A DNA stretch of 59,399 nucleotides from Candidatus Epulonipiscium sp. (GCA_012524135.1 JAAYSE010000131.1:1-59399), one strand, 5' to 3'; counted from the stretch's first letter, positions 18,380-27,950 are shown. Notes: a model not told the origin generated them from the sequence alone. Translations and numbers: made by a program.

Positions 18380-20323
18380 GTGGAAATTCTTGTAGCATCT
18401 ACAGCAGGTTTTTGTTTTGGCGTTCAAAGAGCTGTAGATTCTGTATATAAAAATATGAACAAGGAAAAATTATATACGTATGGACCTATTATTCATAATC
18501 AACAAGTGGTAGATTCTTTAGAAAATCAAGGAATCCAGGCCATTTATGACATATCAGATCTTTCGGTAGGTACGATTGTACTTCGTTCTCATGGTGTAGC
18601 TAAAAAAGTTTATGAAGAAATTGAAAAACAAGGATTAACCTATATTGATTCCACTTGTCCTTATGTAAAACGCATCCATAAAATTGTAGAAAAGTATTCA
18701 AAACAAGGAGCCCAGATTGTGATTGTAGGGGATCCGACGCATCCAGAAGTACAAGGTATCAATGGTTGGTGTAAGAACCAGGGTATTATTTTACAAAATC
18801 AAAATGAAGCAAGAATTTGTTCCTTATCAAAACAAATTCCTATTTGTATTGTTGCCCAAACTACTTACAAACCCCAGGTATATAATGATATTATTGATAT
18901 ATTAGAGTCTAGGGGTTATACAATAAAGGTTTTTCATACTATTTGTAATGCCACGTCAATACGGCAAGAAGAAGCTATACGTATTGCGAAAAAAGTAGAT
19001 AAAATGATTGTTATTGGTGGTAAGCATAGTTCAAATACTAGAAAATTATATGAGCTTTGTAAACAGTGGTGTGAACAAACTTATTATATTGAAGTACCAC
19101 AAGAGTTAGAGTTGAATCTTTTTCAACCTAATGATAAAATTGGAATAACTGCAGGGGCATCCACTCCTAAAAAGACAATTGAGGAGGTTATTAAGATTAT
19201 GAGTGATATGCACAACAATCAAGAAAATCAAGCAAGTTTTGAAGAATTATTAGAAGAATCCTTAAGCCAAGGTCGAGTTTATAGAGGTCAAACTCTTCAA
19301 GGTAAAGTTATACATGTAGATGAAAACGAAGTAATTGTAAGTTTAGGATATAAAGCAGATGGTATTATTTCTAAAGCAGAATTTTCTTCTGATCCTAACG
19401 TAGATTTAAAAAAAGAAGTTCAACCTGGTGATGAAATTGAAGTTTATGTTATGAAAGTAAATGATCAAGAAGGACAAGTATTACTATCTAAAAAAAGACT
19501 TGCCTTTCAAGAAGGATGGGATACTTTACAAGCAGCTTATGAATCCCAAAAAGTATTAGAAGGAAAGGTTATTGAAGTAGTACGAGGAGGAGTTATAGTT
19601 CTTCTTCATGAAGTTCGTGTTTTTATCCCAGCATCTCAATTATCAGACCATTTTATTCATGATTTAAATGAATTTTTACACAAAGATATTACCTTTAAAT
19701 TAATTGAATTTGATCGACGTAGAAGAAAGGTAATTGGTAGTCATAAGGAAATTATGGCAAAAGAAAGAGCTGCTCAAAAAGAAAAACTTTTTGAAACCTT
19801 AGAACCAGAAAATATAGTGGAAGGCGTTGTAAAACGATTAACTAATTTTGGTGCGTTTGTTGACTTAGGAGGCGCAGATGGATTATTGCATATTTCTGAG
19901 TTATCTTGGGGTCATGTAAAACATCCTAGAGAAATACTAGAAGAAGGACAAACAGTTAAAGTTCGAATTTTAGAAGTAGATAAAGAAAATGAAAGAATTT
20001 CTTTGTCATTAAAATCATCTGAGAATAATCCTTGGAATATAGCAGAAACAAAATATGCAGTAGGTAATAAAGTTACAGGAACTGTAGTCAGAATAGTATC
20101 TTTTGGAGCTTTTGTAGAATTAGAACCAGGTGTAGATGGTTTAATTCATATCTCTCAAATTGCTAATAAGCATGTAGAGAAAGTAGAAGATGAATTACGT
20201 ATTGGAGAACAAGTAGAAGCTATTGTTCTGGATTTAGATGTAGAAGCAAAACGTATTAGTTTAAGTCTCAAAGAATTAGAAGAACCTGAAGTGGAAATAG
20301 AAAAAGAACCAAATGAAGCATAA
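18380..20323 (+). CDS. ispH: Bifunctional 4-hydroxy-3-methylbut-2-enyl diphosphate reductase (IspH/LytB) fused to ribosomal protein S1-like repeats
   Basis: The N-terminal ~280 aa form an IspH domain (GFCFGVQRAV, ...CPYV..., ...ICNAT..., ...GGKHSSNT...). The C-terminal ~350 aa carry four S1 OB-fold repeats (...GVVKRLTNFGAFVDLGG.DGLLHISE..., ...GTVVRIVSFGAFVELEPGVDGLIHISQ...). Confidence 0.9.
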   Translation: MEILVASTAGFCFGVQRAVDSVYKNMNKEKLYTYGPIIHNQQVVDSLENQGIQAIYDISDLSVGTIVLRSHGVAKKVYEEIEKQGLTYIDSTCPYVKRIHKIVEKYSKQGAQIVIVGDPTHPEVQGINGWCKNQGIILQNQNEARICSLSKQIPICIVAQTTYKPQVYNDIIDILESRGYTIKVFHTICNATSIRQEEAIRIAKKVDKMIVIGGKHSSNTRKLYELCKQWCEQTYYIEVPQELELNLFQPNDKIGITAGASTPKKTIEEVIKIMSDMHNNQENQASFEELLEESLSQGRVYRGQTLQGKVIHVDENEVIVSLGYKADGIISKAEFSSDPNVDLKKEVQPGDEIEVYVMKVNDQEGQVLLSKKRLAFQEGWDTLQAAYESQKVLEGKVIEVVRGGVIVLLHEVRVFIPASQLSDHFIHDLNEFLHKDITFKLIEFDRRRRKVIGSHKEIMAKERAAQKEKLFETLEPENIVEGVVKRLTNFGAFVDLGGADGLLHISELSWGHVKHPREILEEGQTVKVRILEVDKENERISLSLKSSENNPWNIAETKYAVGNKVTGTVVRIVSFGAFVELEPGVDGLIHISQIANKHVEKVEDELRIGEQVEAIVLDLDVEAKRISLSLKELEEPEVEIEKEPNEA

Positions 20324-20348
20324 AGTACAGTATAGTAGAGAATAAATA

Positions 20349-20395
20349 ATAGCCTATGCCTTATAACAAAGTAAGGCATAGGCTATATCTGTTTT
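20349..20395 (+). terminator. Rho-independent terminator after ispH-S1
   Basis: 15-bp perfect stem ATAGCCTATGCCTTA / TAAGGCATAGGCTAT with an 8-nt loop and a short T tract. Confidence 0.75.
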
Positions 20396-20522
20396 GGTTA
20401 AGGTTACTTTAAACTTGCATATTTGCAATAGTTGGTATCATAAATTTTAGCATATATTTTAATAGAAAAAATAAAAAATAGTACAAAATGAATCTATATT
20501 ATTATAAGAAAGGATATTATAG

Positions 20523-20861
20523 ATGATCGTACAAGAAATGATGAATCAGTTGCAATTAAAATTAATAGCAGGACAAAAAGGCTTACAGAAAGATATTACT
20601 ACTGGATATGTAGGGGATTTATTAAGTAATGTTATAGCACATGCTAAAGAAGGTTCTGTATGGATAACTGTACAAGGACATTTAAATATTGTAGCTGTGG
20701 CAAGTCTAATTCATTTATCTTGTATTATTGTAGTACAAGATATTCCTATTCCATTTGATACTATTAAAAAAGCAAATGAAGAACAAATTCCTATTTTTAC
20801 TACATCCGATTCTTCTTATAAAATAGTTCAAAAATTATTAAAGATAGGAATTGGTGACTAG
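20523..20861 (+). CDS. DRTGG domain-containing protein
   Basis: 112 aa with ...GYVGDLLSNVIAHAKEGSVWITVQGHLNIVAVASL...IIVV...ANEEQIPIFTT..., which matches the small stand-alone DRTGG proteins of anaerobic Firmicutes. Confidence 0.75.
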   Translation: MIVQEMMNQLQLKLIAGQKGLQKDITTGYVGDLLSNVIAHAKEGSVWITVQGHLNIVAVASLIHLSCIIVVQDIPIPFDTIKKANEEQIPIFTTSDSSYKIVQKLLKIGIGD

Positions 20862-20894
20862 CAATTTTTAACAAAATAAGATAGAAGTTTTAGT

Positions 20895-20942
20895 AAAGAC
20901 CATTCAATGAAGTATATAACAAAATTTACTGAATGGTCTTTT
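20895..20942. terminator. Bidirectional hairpin between convergent DRTGG gene and pdxR
   Basis: AAAGACCATTCA (20895-20906) pairs with TGAATGGTCTTT (20930-20941). The loop is large (23 nt), with A/T tracts on both sides. Confidence 0.55.
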
Positions 20943-20954
20943 GAAAGATTTATT

Positions 20955-22409
20955 TTACAAAAAGGGTAAATATTGATGAGGATTATTTTCTAAGTGTTGT
21001 AAGGTTTCTTTCATAATAATAATTCCGTCATAAATTTCTTCTTTGGTAATATTAGCAAAACTTAAACGGAAATAGGATTTATAATAAGGGCTAAGAGAGA
21101 ATAAGGAACCAGGAGCAATAATCACTTTTCTTTGTAAAAGAGTATTACAAAAAGTATCCATTGGAATATCACTTTTTAATTGTAACCATAGACTTAAACC
21201 ACCTTTTGGTGGAATATAATCTATCCAATTTTTTATATTATGTTCAATTTGTTCTATGAGATATTCATAACGTATTTTATATATTGCTCTTATTTTTTTT
21301 ACATGTTCTTCCCAAAGATGTAAGGATAGATATCGTTCAAAAGCTCGTTGTAAAAGACCAGAAGTGGCGATATCCGTTGTTTGTTTTGCTGATAATACAT
21401 GTTGAAATATAGCTTTAGGTAAAATCATAAAACCAAGACGGAGTCCTGGCATAAAGTTTTTAGAAAAGCTTTTGATGTAAATGACCCTATTTTTATGATC
21501 GAATGCTTTTAGTGGAATAGGAGGTTCTAAAGAAAAATAAAGATCACTTAAATAATCGTCTTCAATAATATAGAAATCATATTGTTCTGCTAAATCTAAT
21601 AAGATTCTTTTTTTCTCTGTAGAGTAAGAGATTCCCGTTGGGTTTTGGTAATAAGTCATCATATATATAAATTTAGGTTGATATAGTTTCAAATAAATTT
21701 CTAAGGTATTATGGTCTATACCATCTTTTTCTAGTGGAATTTCAATCATTTTAGCTCCACGAGATTGAAAGGCAGCTACAGCTCCATTATAAGTTGGTTT
21801 TTCGATAAAAACTAAGTCACCATAGTGAAGTAAAGCTTTTGAAATAAGATCAATACCTTGTTGCGCACCAGAAATAATCTGCACTTTTTCTGGTGTAGTA
21901 TAGATATTGGATTGTTGTATAAAATTACATATTGTTTTTCTTAAAGGTAGATAACCTTGAGTATCTTGATAAGAAAAAGCATTCCCTTTATCTCGATCTA
22001 AAACTTCATTAAGAGCTTTCTTAAAGGCATCAATGGGGAACAAGTCTGTAGAAGGGGACATACTAGCAAAGTTAATAGTTGAGTCAGTTATGGGTATGGA
22101 AGTAGGGAAGGAAGTAGATTTTAATTTAGAAACGATCGGTTTTTGTAAAATATCTAATGGTAATGGAGCTACATAGGTACCACTTCCCATTTGTGAATAA
22201 ACTACTCCTCTGTTTTCTAAATAGTTATAAGCTCTTACTACAGTACTAGGATTGATTTTTAAATGGGTTGCAAAAGAACGAATAGGTGGTAATTGTGTGT
22301 TTGGTTTTAAAATATTTTTTTCGATTAATTCATAAAGATGGTCCCCTAATTGTTTATACATAGGCTTTTTTGAATTTTTATCCATGTGTATGGATACAAA
22401 ATAATTCAT
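20955..22409 (-). CDS. pdxR: MocR/GntR-family PLP-dependent transcriptional regulator (PdxR-like: wHTH + aminotransferase class I/II fold)
   Basis: An N-terminal GntR HTH (...PMYKQLGDHLYELIEKNILKPNTQLPPIRSFATHLKINPSTVVRAYNYLENRGVVYS...) and a C-terminal aminotransferase fold (...YQNPTGISYS..., ...SFSKNFMPGLRLGF...). It is divergent from pdxS. The start is taken at the ATG 8 nt after AAGGAG (third codon of the track ORF). Confidence 0.85.
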   Translation of the reverse strand: MNYFVSIHMDKNSKKPMYKQLGDHLYELIEKNILKPNTQLPPIRSFATHLKINPSTVVRAYNYLENRGVVYSQMGSGTYVAPLPLDILQKPIVSKLKSTSFPTSIPITDSTINFASMSPSTDLFPIDAFKKALNEVLDRDKGNAFSYQDTQGYLPLRKTICNFIQQSNIYTTPEKVQIISGAQQGIDLISKALLHYGDLVFIEKPTYNGAVAAFQSRGAKMIEIPLEKDGIDHNTLEIYLKLYQPKFIYMMTYYQNPTGISYSTEKKRILLDLAEQYDFYIIEDDYLSDLYFSLEPPIPLKAFDHKNRVIYIKSFSKNFMPGLRLGFMILPKAIFQHVLSAKQTTDIATSGLLQRAFERYLSLHLWEEHVKKIRAIYKIRYEYLIEQIEHNIKNWIDYIPPKGGLSLWLQLKSDIPMDTFCNTLLQRKVIIAPGSLFSLSPYYKSYFRLSFANITKEEIYDGIIIMKETLQHLENNPHQYLPFL

Positions 22410-22591
22410 TATCAAAACTCCTTTAATTTTTATTGAATTTATTTTATATATGAGTATAATAAGAATAAATTTAATATACTAAAATCATTTATTCATCAAT
22501 AAGATATGGATTTTATTATAATGAAAAATTATAAAGTGTATCCATACATTATTTTATAACAGATGATGCTTGAAGTAAAGGAGAAAAAAGA

Positions 22592-23449
22592 ATGAATAAA
22601 AATTGTGTAGATCAATTATTAAAAGGTGGCGTCATTATGGACGTAACTTGTGTGAAAGAAGCGAAAATTGCACAAGAAGCAGGGGCTGTAGCTGTTATGG
22701 CTTTAGAAAGAGTTCCATCAGATATTCGTAAAGAAGGCGGAGTAGCTAGAATGTCTGATCCCAAATTAATAAAAGATATTCAAGCAGTGTCCGATATTCC
22801 TGTTATGGCAAAATGTCGAATTGGTCATTTTGTGGAAGCTCAAATTTTAGAAAGTTTAGAGATTGATTATATTGATGAAAGTGAAGTTCTCACTCCTGCA
22901 GATAATCAATTTCACATAGATAAAAGAGATTTTAATACTCCTTTTGTCTGTGGTGCTAGGAATTTAGGTGAAGCTTTACGCCGTATTGGTGAAGGGGCTA
23001 GTATGATTCGTACCAAAGGTGAAGCAGGTACAGGAAATATTGTAGAAGCGGTTTCTCATATGCGAATGATGATGGCTCAAATTAGACAACTTCAAAATAT
23101 GGCAAAAGAAGAACGAATGGTTTTTGCAAAAGAATTAGGTGCCCCTTATCATTTAATTGAACAAGTAGCTGAATTAGGACGTTTACCTGTCCTTAATTTT
23201 TCAGCAGGTGGGGTGGCAACTCCTGCAGATGCTGCATTAATGATGCAACTAGGTAGTGATGGTGTATTTGTAGGATCTGGTATTTTTCGTTCTGGTAATC
23301 CAGAAAAAAGAGCAAAAGCGATAGTAGAAGCAGTGGCTCATTATAAAGATTCAAAGATATTAGCAGATATCTCAACGGATCTTGGAGAACCTATGTCAGG
23401 TTTAGATCTTAGAGAAGTTAATGTGTTTTATTCTAAAAGGGGAGAATAA
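22592..23449 (+). CDS. pdxS: Pyridoxal 5'-phosphate synthase lyase subunit PdxS
   Basis: ...[37 protein letters not shown]..., ...[10 protein letters not shown]... and ...[12 protein letters not shown]... are near-invariant PdxS blocks. Confidence 0.95.
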   Translation: MNKNCVDQLLKGGVIMDVTCVKEAKIAQEAGAVAVMALERVPSDIRKEGGVARMSDPKLIKDIQAVSDIPVMAKCRIGHFVEAQILESLEIDYIDESEVLTPADNQFHIDKRDFNTPFVCGARNLGEALRRIGEGASMIRTKGEAGTGNIVEAVSHMRMMMAQIRQLQNMAKEERMVFAKELGAPYHLIEQVAELGRLPVLNFSAGGVATPADAALMMQLGSDGVFVGSGIFRSGNPEKRAKAIVEAVAHYKDSKILADISTDLGEPMSGLDLREVNVFYSKRGE

Positions 23450-23454
23450 AAAAG

Positions 23455-23493
23455 TAGAAGATAAATCATATATGATTTATCTTCTATTTTTTT
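23455..23493 (+). terminator. Rho-independent terminator directly after pdxS
   Basis: 16-bp perfect palindrome TAGAAGATAAATCATA / TATGATTTATCTTCTA followed by T7. Confidence 0.85.
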
Positions 23494-23692
23494 ATGAGGT
23501 AAAATAATTTTATTTAGTTTATATTTTAAATTCATAATAAAAGAAATATATTTTCAATAAGATATACATAATTTCTATGTTATAATTTAAAAGAATACAT
23601 AAAGTAGTAAAATCATATAAAAATATAATTGTATTTGAAAGATTATTAAAAAATTTTTACAGTCGATCATTTACATGAAGAAAGGATAAAAT

Positions 23693-24235
23693 ATGGAGGA
23701 AATTGCATTACATATCTTAGACATTATTCAAAATAGTATTTATGCAGAAGGGACTTTTATTGAACTTTTTATTCAAGAAGATCCAAAGCATAATTTATTT
23801 TCTTTTTATGTTCAGGATAATGGAAGGGGTATGACTAAAGAATTTATACAAAAAGTAAAAAATCCTTTTTATACAACTCGAACTACTCGAAAAGTAGGTC
23901 TTGGAATTCCATTACTAGAAGCGACTTGTAGACAATGTAATGGGGAATTAAAAATACAAAGTCAAATGGGGAAAGGAACTATAATACAAGCTATAATGGA
24001 ATACGATCATATAGATCGTCCACCATTAGGAGATATGTCTTCGACTATTATTTCTGTTTTATTATCGTTAGATCATCAACGTTTTCGATATAAACATCAA
24101 TACCAAGATCAAATATTTATTTTAGATACAAAAGAGCTAAAAGAAGACTTAGGAACTCTTGTTTTGCAACAACCAGATATATTACGATGGATTCGTCAAT
24201 ATGTAAATGATCAGTTGATGAAGTTAACTCAATGA
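23693..24235 (+). CDS. Stand-alone GHKL/HATPase_c ATP-binding protein (no DHp/HisKA domain)
   Basis: 180 aa with an N box (HILDIIQNSIYA), G1 (VQDNGRGM), ...TTRTTRKVGLGIPLL... (G2) and ...GKGT... This type is normally adjacent to DRTGG genes in anaerobes. Confidence 0.75.
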   Translation: MEEIALHILDIIQNSIYAEGTFIELFIQEDPKHNLFSFYVQDNGRGMTKEFIQKVKNPFYTTRTTRKVGLGIPLLEATCRQCNGELKIQSQMGKGTIIQAIMEYDHIDRPPLGDMSSTIISVLLSLDHQRFRYKHQYQDQIFILDTKELKEDLGTLVLQQPDILRWIRQYVNDQLMKLTQ

Positions 24236-24475
24236 ACCTAAATGAAGGTTGATAAGAATTAAACAAAAATTCCTGTTTAAATAGAGATTATAAAGGAAAG
24301 ATAGAAGAAGAAAAAATTCTTATTGATTGGATATATTGTATACACCATACAATGATATACTTTTTGAAATGTTTATTGTTTGTACAAAAAATATCAATGA
24401 TTGTATCTGTGATTAAATTATACTATGATATATAGTAGAGTATTAAATAATATATAGTAGACAGGGGGATTTCGA

Positions 24476-25795
24476 ATGAAGGCTTTAACATTTAAGCGTG
24501 GGATTCATCCGCCCCACGGTAAACATTATACAGAAAATAAACCGATTGAAGTTTTAATGCCCAAAGGAGATTTGATTTATCCTATGGCTCAACATATTGG
24601 AGCACCTTGTGAGCCTTTAGTAAAGAAAGGGGATCGTGTTCTTTTGGGACAAAAAATAGGAGAGGCTAAAGGGTTTGTGTCAGCTCCTATTCATAGTACA
24701 GTATCAGGAACAGTAAAAAATGTGACTCCTATGTTACATCCTAATGGGACAAAAGTTATGTCTGTTATTGTAGAAAATGATGGTTTATATGAAGAAGATC
24801 CTTCTATTAATCAATCAAAAGATTATAAAAAAATGTCTCGTGAGGAAATTATAAATAAGATTCGAGAAGCAGGAGTAGTAGGAATGGGAGGGGCTGGTTT
24901 CCCTACTTTTATTAAATTATCTCCTCCAATTATCGAAAATATTGATACTATATTAATCAATGGAGCAGAATGTGAACCTTATTTGACTTCTGATTATCGA
25001 GTGATGGTAGAAGAATCAGGAAAAGTAGCAGAAGGACTTCGAATTATTCTTCATCTTTTTCCTAAAGCTAAAGGGTATATTGCCATTGAAGATAATAAGC
25101 CTGAGGCTATTGCTAAAATGAGGGAAGCTACAAAAAATGATAAAAATATTCAAATTCTTGTGTTAAAAACTAAATATCCTCAAGGATCTGAGAAACAGTT
25201 AATTTATGCTTGTACGAAGAGAGAGGTGCCTTCAGGAAAATTACCGGCAGATGTAGGATGTATTGTGCAAAATATTGACACAGTAGTTGCAATACATCGA
25301 GCTATTGTACGAGGTCGCCCTTTAATGAGAAGAATTGTAACAGTAAGTGGAGGAGCTATTAAAGAACCGAAAAATTTTAAAGTACGTATTGGTACAACCT
25401 ATAGGGAATTAGTAGAAGCAGCTGGTGGATTTATAGAAAAACCTGCCAAGATCATATCCGGAGGCCCTATGATGGGAATAGCTCTATTTTCTTTGGATGT
25501 GCCCATAATTAAAACTTCTTCTGCTATCTTATGTTTAACAGAGAAAGAAGCTGTTTTGCCACCAGAAAAAGCATGTATTCGATGTGGAAAGTGCGTAGAT
25601 ATTTGTCCTATGAATTTACTTCCACTATCTTTGAATGTTCATGCTTTACATCATGAGTGGGATGATTTTGAAAAAGAACATGGCATGGATTGTATGGAAT
25701 GTGGTAGTTGTTCTTATATTTGTCCAGCTAAACGACATTTATTGCAGTCTATTCGAAGAGGTAAGAAGACTATATTAGCGAATAAAAGAAAATAA
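24476..25795 (+). CDS. rnfC: Rnf electron transport complex subunit C
   Basis: 439 aa with ...GMGGAGFPT... (NADH/FMN site), ...NGAECEPYLT... and two CxxCxxCxxxCP ferredoxin motifs. It is the first gene of the rnfCDGEAB order. Confidence 0.93.
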   Translation: MKALTFKRGIHPPHGKHYTENKPIEVLMPKGDLIYPMAQHIGAPCEPLVKKGDRVLLGQKIGEAKGFVSAPIHSTVSGTVKNVTPMLHPNGTKVMSVIVENDGLYEEDPSINQSKDYKKMSREEIINKIREAGVVGMGGAGFPTFIKLSPPIIENIDTILINGAECEPYLTSDYRVMVEESGKVAEGLRIILHLFPKAKGYIAIEDNKPEAIAKMREATKNDKNIQILVLKTKYPQGSEKQLIYACTKREVPSGKLPADVGCIVQNIDTVVAIHRAIVRGRPLMRRIVTVSGGAIKEPKNFKVRIGTTYRELVEAAGGFIEKPAKIISGGPMMGIALFSLDVPIIKTSSAILCLTEKEAVLPPEKACIRCGKCVDICPMNLLPLSLNVHALHHEWDDFEKEHGMDCMECGSCSYICPAKRHLLQSIRRGKKTILANKRK

Positions 25796-25811
25796 TAAAG
25801 GGGGATTTTTC

Positions 25812-26777
25812 GTGGAACAGACAATGTATACGGTGTCTTCATCGCCACATATTAGGGCAGATCATACTATTGATAGTATAATGAAAGATGTGATTATTGC
25901 TTTACTTCCAGCAGTTATTATGTCTTTATATATATTTAAGTGGGAAGCATTATGGGTTATGATATTTTCTATTTTATCCTGTGTAGGGTCAGAAGCTCTA
26001 TGGCAGAAGCTAACAAAAAACCCTATTACGATTGATGATTATAGTGCTGTGGTAACAGGATTACTTTTAGCTTTTAATTTACCCGCTTCGGTTCCTTTAT
26101 GGATTCCTATAATAGGAGGAGCTTTTGCAATAGTTATTGTAAAACAAATCTTTGGTGGATTAGGGCAAAATTTTATGAATCCAGCTTTAGCAGCAAGAGC
26201 AATATTATTGGCTTCGTGGCCTAGTCATATGACGAATTGGACATTAGATGGCGTTACTACCGCTACTCCTTTAGGTATTTTAAAGGCAGGTATGGGTGAA
26301 GTAAGTGCAGCAACCTTAGCAGCACCTCCGGCATTTTCTCAATTATTAATTGGAAATATAGGAGGCTGTTTAGGAGAGACATCAGCAATTGCCTTACTTA
26401 TTGGTGCAGCTTATTTGCTTTATAAAAGAATTATTCATTGGCGTATTCCTGCTAGTTTTATTGGTACAGTTTTTATACTTACTTGGATTTTTGGTCGAAA
26501 TGGTATGTTTCAAGCAAATCCCTTTTATGAAATTTTTACTGGTGGTTTATTGCTAGGAGCTTTTTTTATGGCTACAGATTATACAACTTCACCTGTAACA
26601 CCTTTAGGACAATGGATCATGGGAATTGGATGTGGACTTATTACTACTTTAATTCGTTTATTTGGTGGGTATCCAGAAGGTGTGTCGTATTCTATTTTAT
26701 TAATGAATTTAGCAGTTCCTTTATTAGATCGATATACTCATCCAAAGGTTTTTGGGGAGGTGAAATCCAATGAATGA
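25812..26777 (+). CDS. rnfD: Rnf complex subunit D
   Basis: Polytopic membrane protein of the NqrB/RnfD family (...VSSSPHI..., ...GGYPEGVSYSILLMN...). GTG 25812 follows AAGGGGGA. Confidence 0.92.
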   Translation: MEQTMYTVSSSPHIRADHTIDSIMKDVIIALLPAVIMSLYIFKWEALWVMIFSILSCVGSEALWQKLTKNPITIDDYSAVVTGLLLAFNLPASVPLWIPIIGGAFAIVIVKQIFGGLGQNFMNPALAARAILLASWPSHMTNWTLDGVTTATPLGILKAGMGEVSAATLAAPPAFSQLLIGNIGGCLGETSAIALLIGAAYLLYKRIIHWRIPASFIGTVFILTWIFGRNGMFQANPFYEIFTGGLLLGAFFMATDYTTSPVTPLGQWIMGIGCGLITTLIRLFGGYPEGVSYSILLMNLAVPLLDRYTHPKVFGEVKSNE

Positions 26778-27333
26778 GACATTAAAAATGGGACTTATTT
26801 TATGTTTGATTACTGTATTATCCGGTTTTTCTTTAGGTATGGTTTATGAAGTTACGAAAGAACCTATTGCACAACAAAAAATAAAAACACATCAAGAGGC
26901 GATGAAAGCCGTTTTACCAGAAGTAGAGACTTTTGAACTTATAGAAAGTGATGACTTTAGTGCTCAATATGGAATAAAAGAAATTCAAATAGGATATAAA
27001 GGAACTCAAATAATTGGATATGTAATGCAAGTCATTACTAAAGGATACGGTGGAGAAATTGAAATGATGGTAGGTATAAATCAAGAAGGCATTATTCAAG
27101 GTGTTAAAATTGTACAACATGCAGAAACTGCGGGATTAGGTGCTAATGCAAAAGAACCATCTTTTTTAAATCAATATGTAAATAAATCTGCTGAACAATC
27201 TTTGTGGGTTACCAAATCAACACCTACAAATGATCAAGAAGTTGAAGCAATAACAGGAGCAACCATAACAACAGAAGCTGTTACAAGTGGAATTAATAAT
27301 GCATTAACCTTATTCAAGGAGAAGTTAAAATAA
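26770..27333 (+). CDS. rnfG: Rnf complex subunit G (FMN-binding)
   Basis: An N-terminal TM helix plus the FMN attachment motif ...VEAITGATITTEAV... It overlaps the rnfD stop. Confidence 0.9.
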   Translation: MNETLKMGLILCLITVLSGFSLGMVYEVTKEPIAQQKIKTHQEAMKAVLPEVETFELIESDDFSAQYGIKEIQIGYKGTQIIGYVMQVITKGYGGEIEMMVGINQEGIIQGVKIVQHAETAGLGANAKEPSFLNQYVNKSAEQSLWVTKSTPTNDQEVEAITGATITTEAVTSGINNALTLFKEKLK

Positions 27334-27347
27334 AGGGGATGATGTAG

Positions 27348-27950
27348 ATGAATATTGTTAGAGAACGTTTAAAAAATGGAATTATTAAAGAAAATCCTAC
27401 CTTTGTACAAGTGCTAGGAATGTGTCCAACGTTAGCAGTAACAACATCGGCTAAAAATGGTTTAGGAATGGGACTTGCTACAACAGCAGTTTTGATTTGT
27501 TCGAATATGGTTATTTCTTTAGTACGGAAATTAATTCCTTCTAAAATAAGAATTCCTTCTTTTATTGTTATTATTGCTACGTTTGTAACGATAATTGAAT
27601 TTTTATTAGAAGGTTATGCACCTTCGCTATATGATTCATTAGGTCTTTTTATACCTTTGATTGTAGTAAATTGTATTATTTTAGGAAGAGCAGAAGCTTA
27701 TGCTTCTAAACATTCTGTCATAGCTTCTTTATTTGATGGATTAGGAACAGGTTTAGGGTTTACTTTATCTCTTACTATGATAGGGATTATAAGAGAATTA
27801 TTGGGAACAGGAAAATTTTTCAGTAGACCATTGTTACCTGCTTCTTTTGAGCCTGCCATTATTATGATTATGGCTCCTGGTGCTTTTTTTACTTTAGGTA
27901 TTTTGATGGCTTTATTAAACCAATATAGACTTCAAAAAGGGAAAAATTAA
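27348..27950 (+). CDS. rnfE: Rnf complex subunit E
   Basis: NqrD/RnfE family membrane protein (...NPTFVQVLGMCPTLAVTT..., ...IPLIVVNCIILGRAEA...). Confidence 0.92.
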   Translation: MNIVRERLKNGIIKENPTFVQVLGMCPTLAVTTSAKNGLGMGLATTAVLICSNMVISLVRKLIPSKIRIPSFIVIIATFVTIIEFLLEGYAPSLYDSLGLFIPLIVVNCIILGRAEAYASKHSVIASLFDGLGTGLGFTLSLTMIGIIRELLGTGKFFSRPLLPASFEPAIIMIMAPGAFFTLGILMALLNQYRLQKGKN

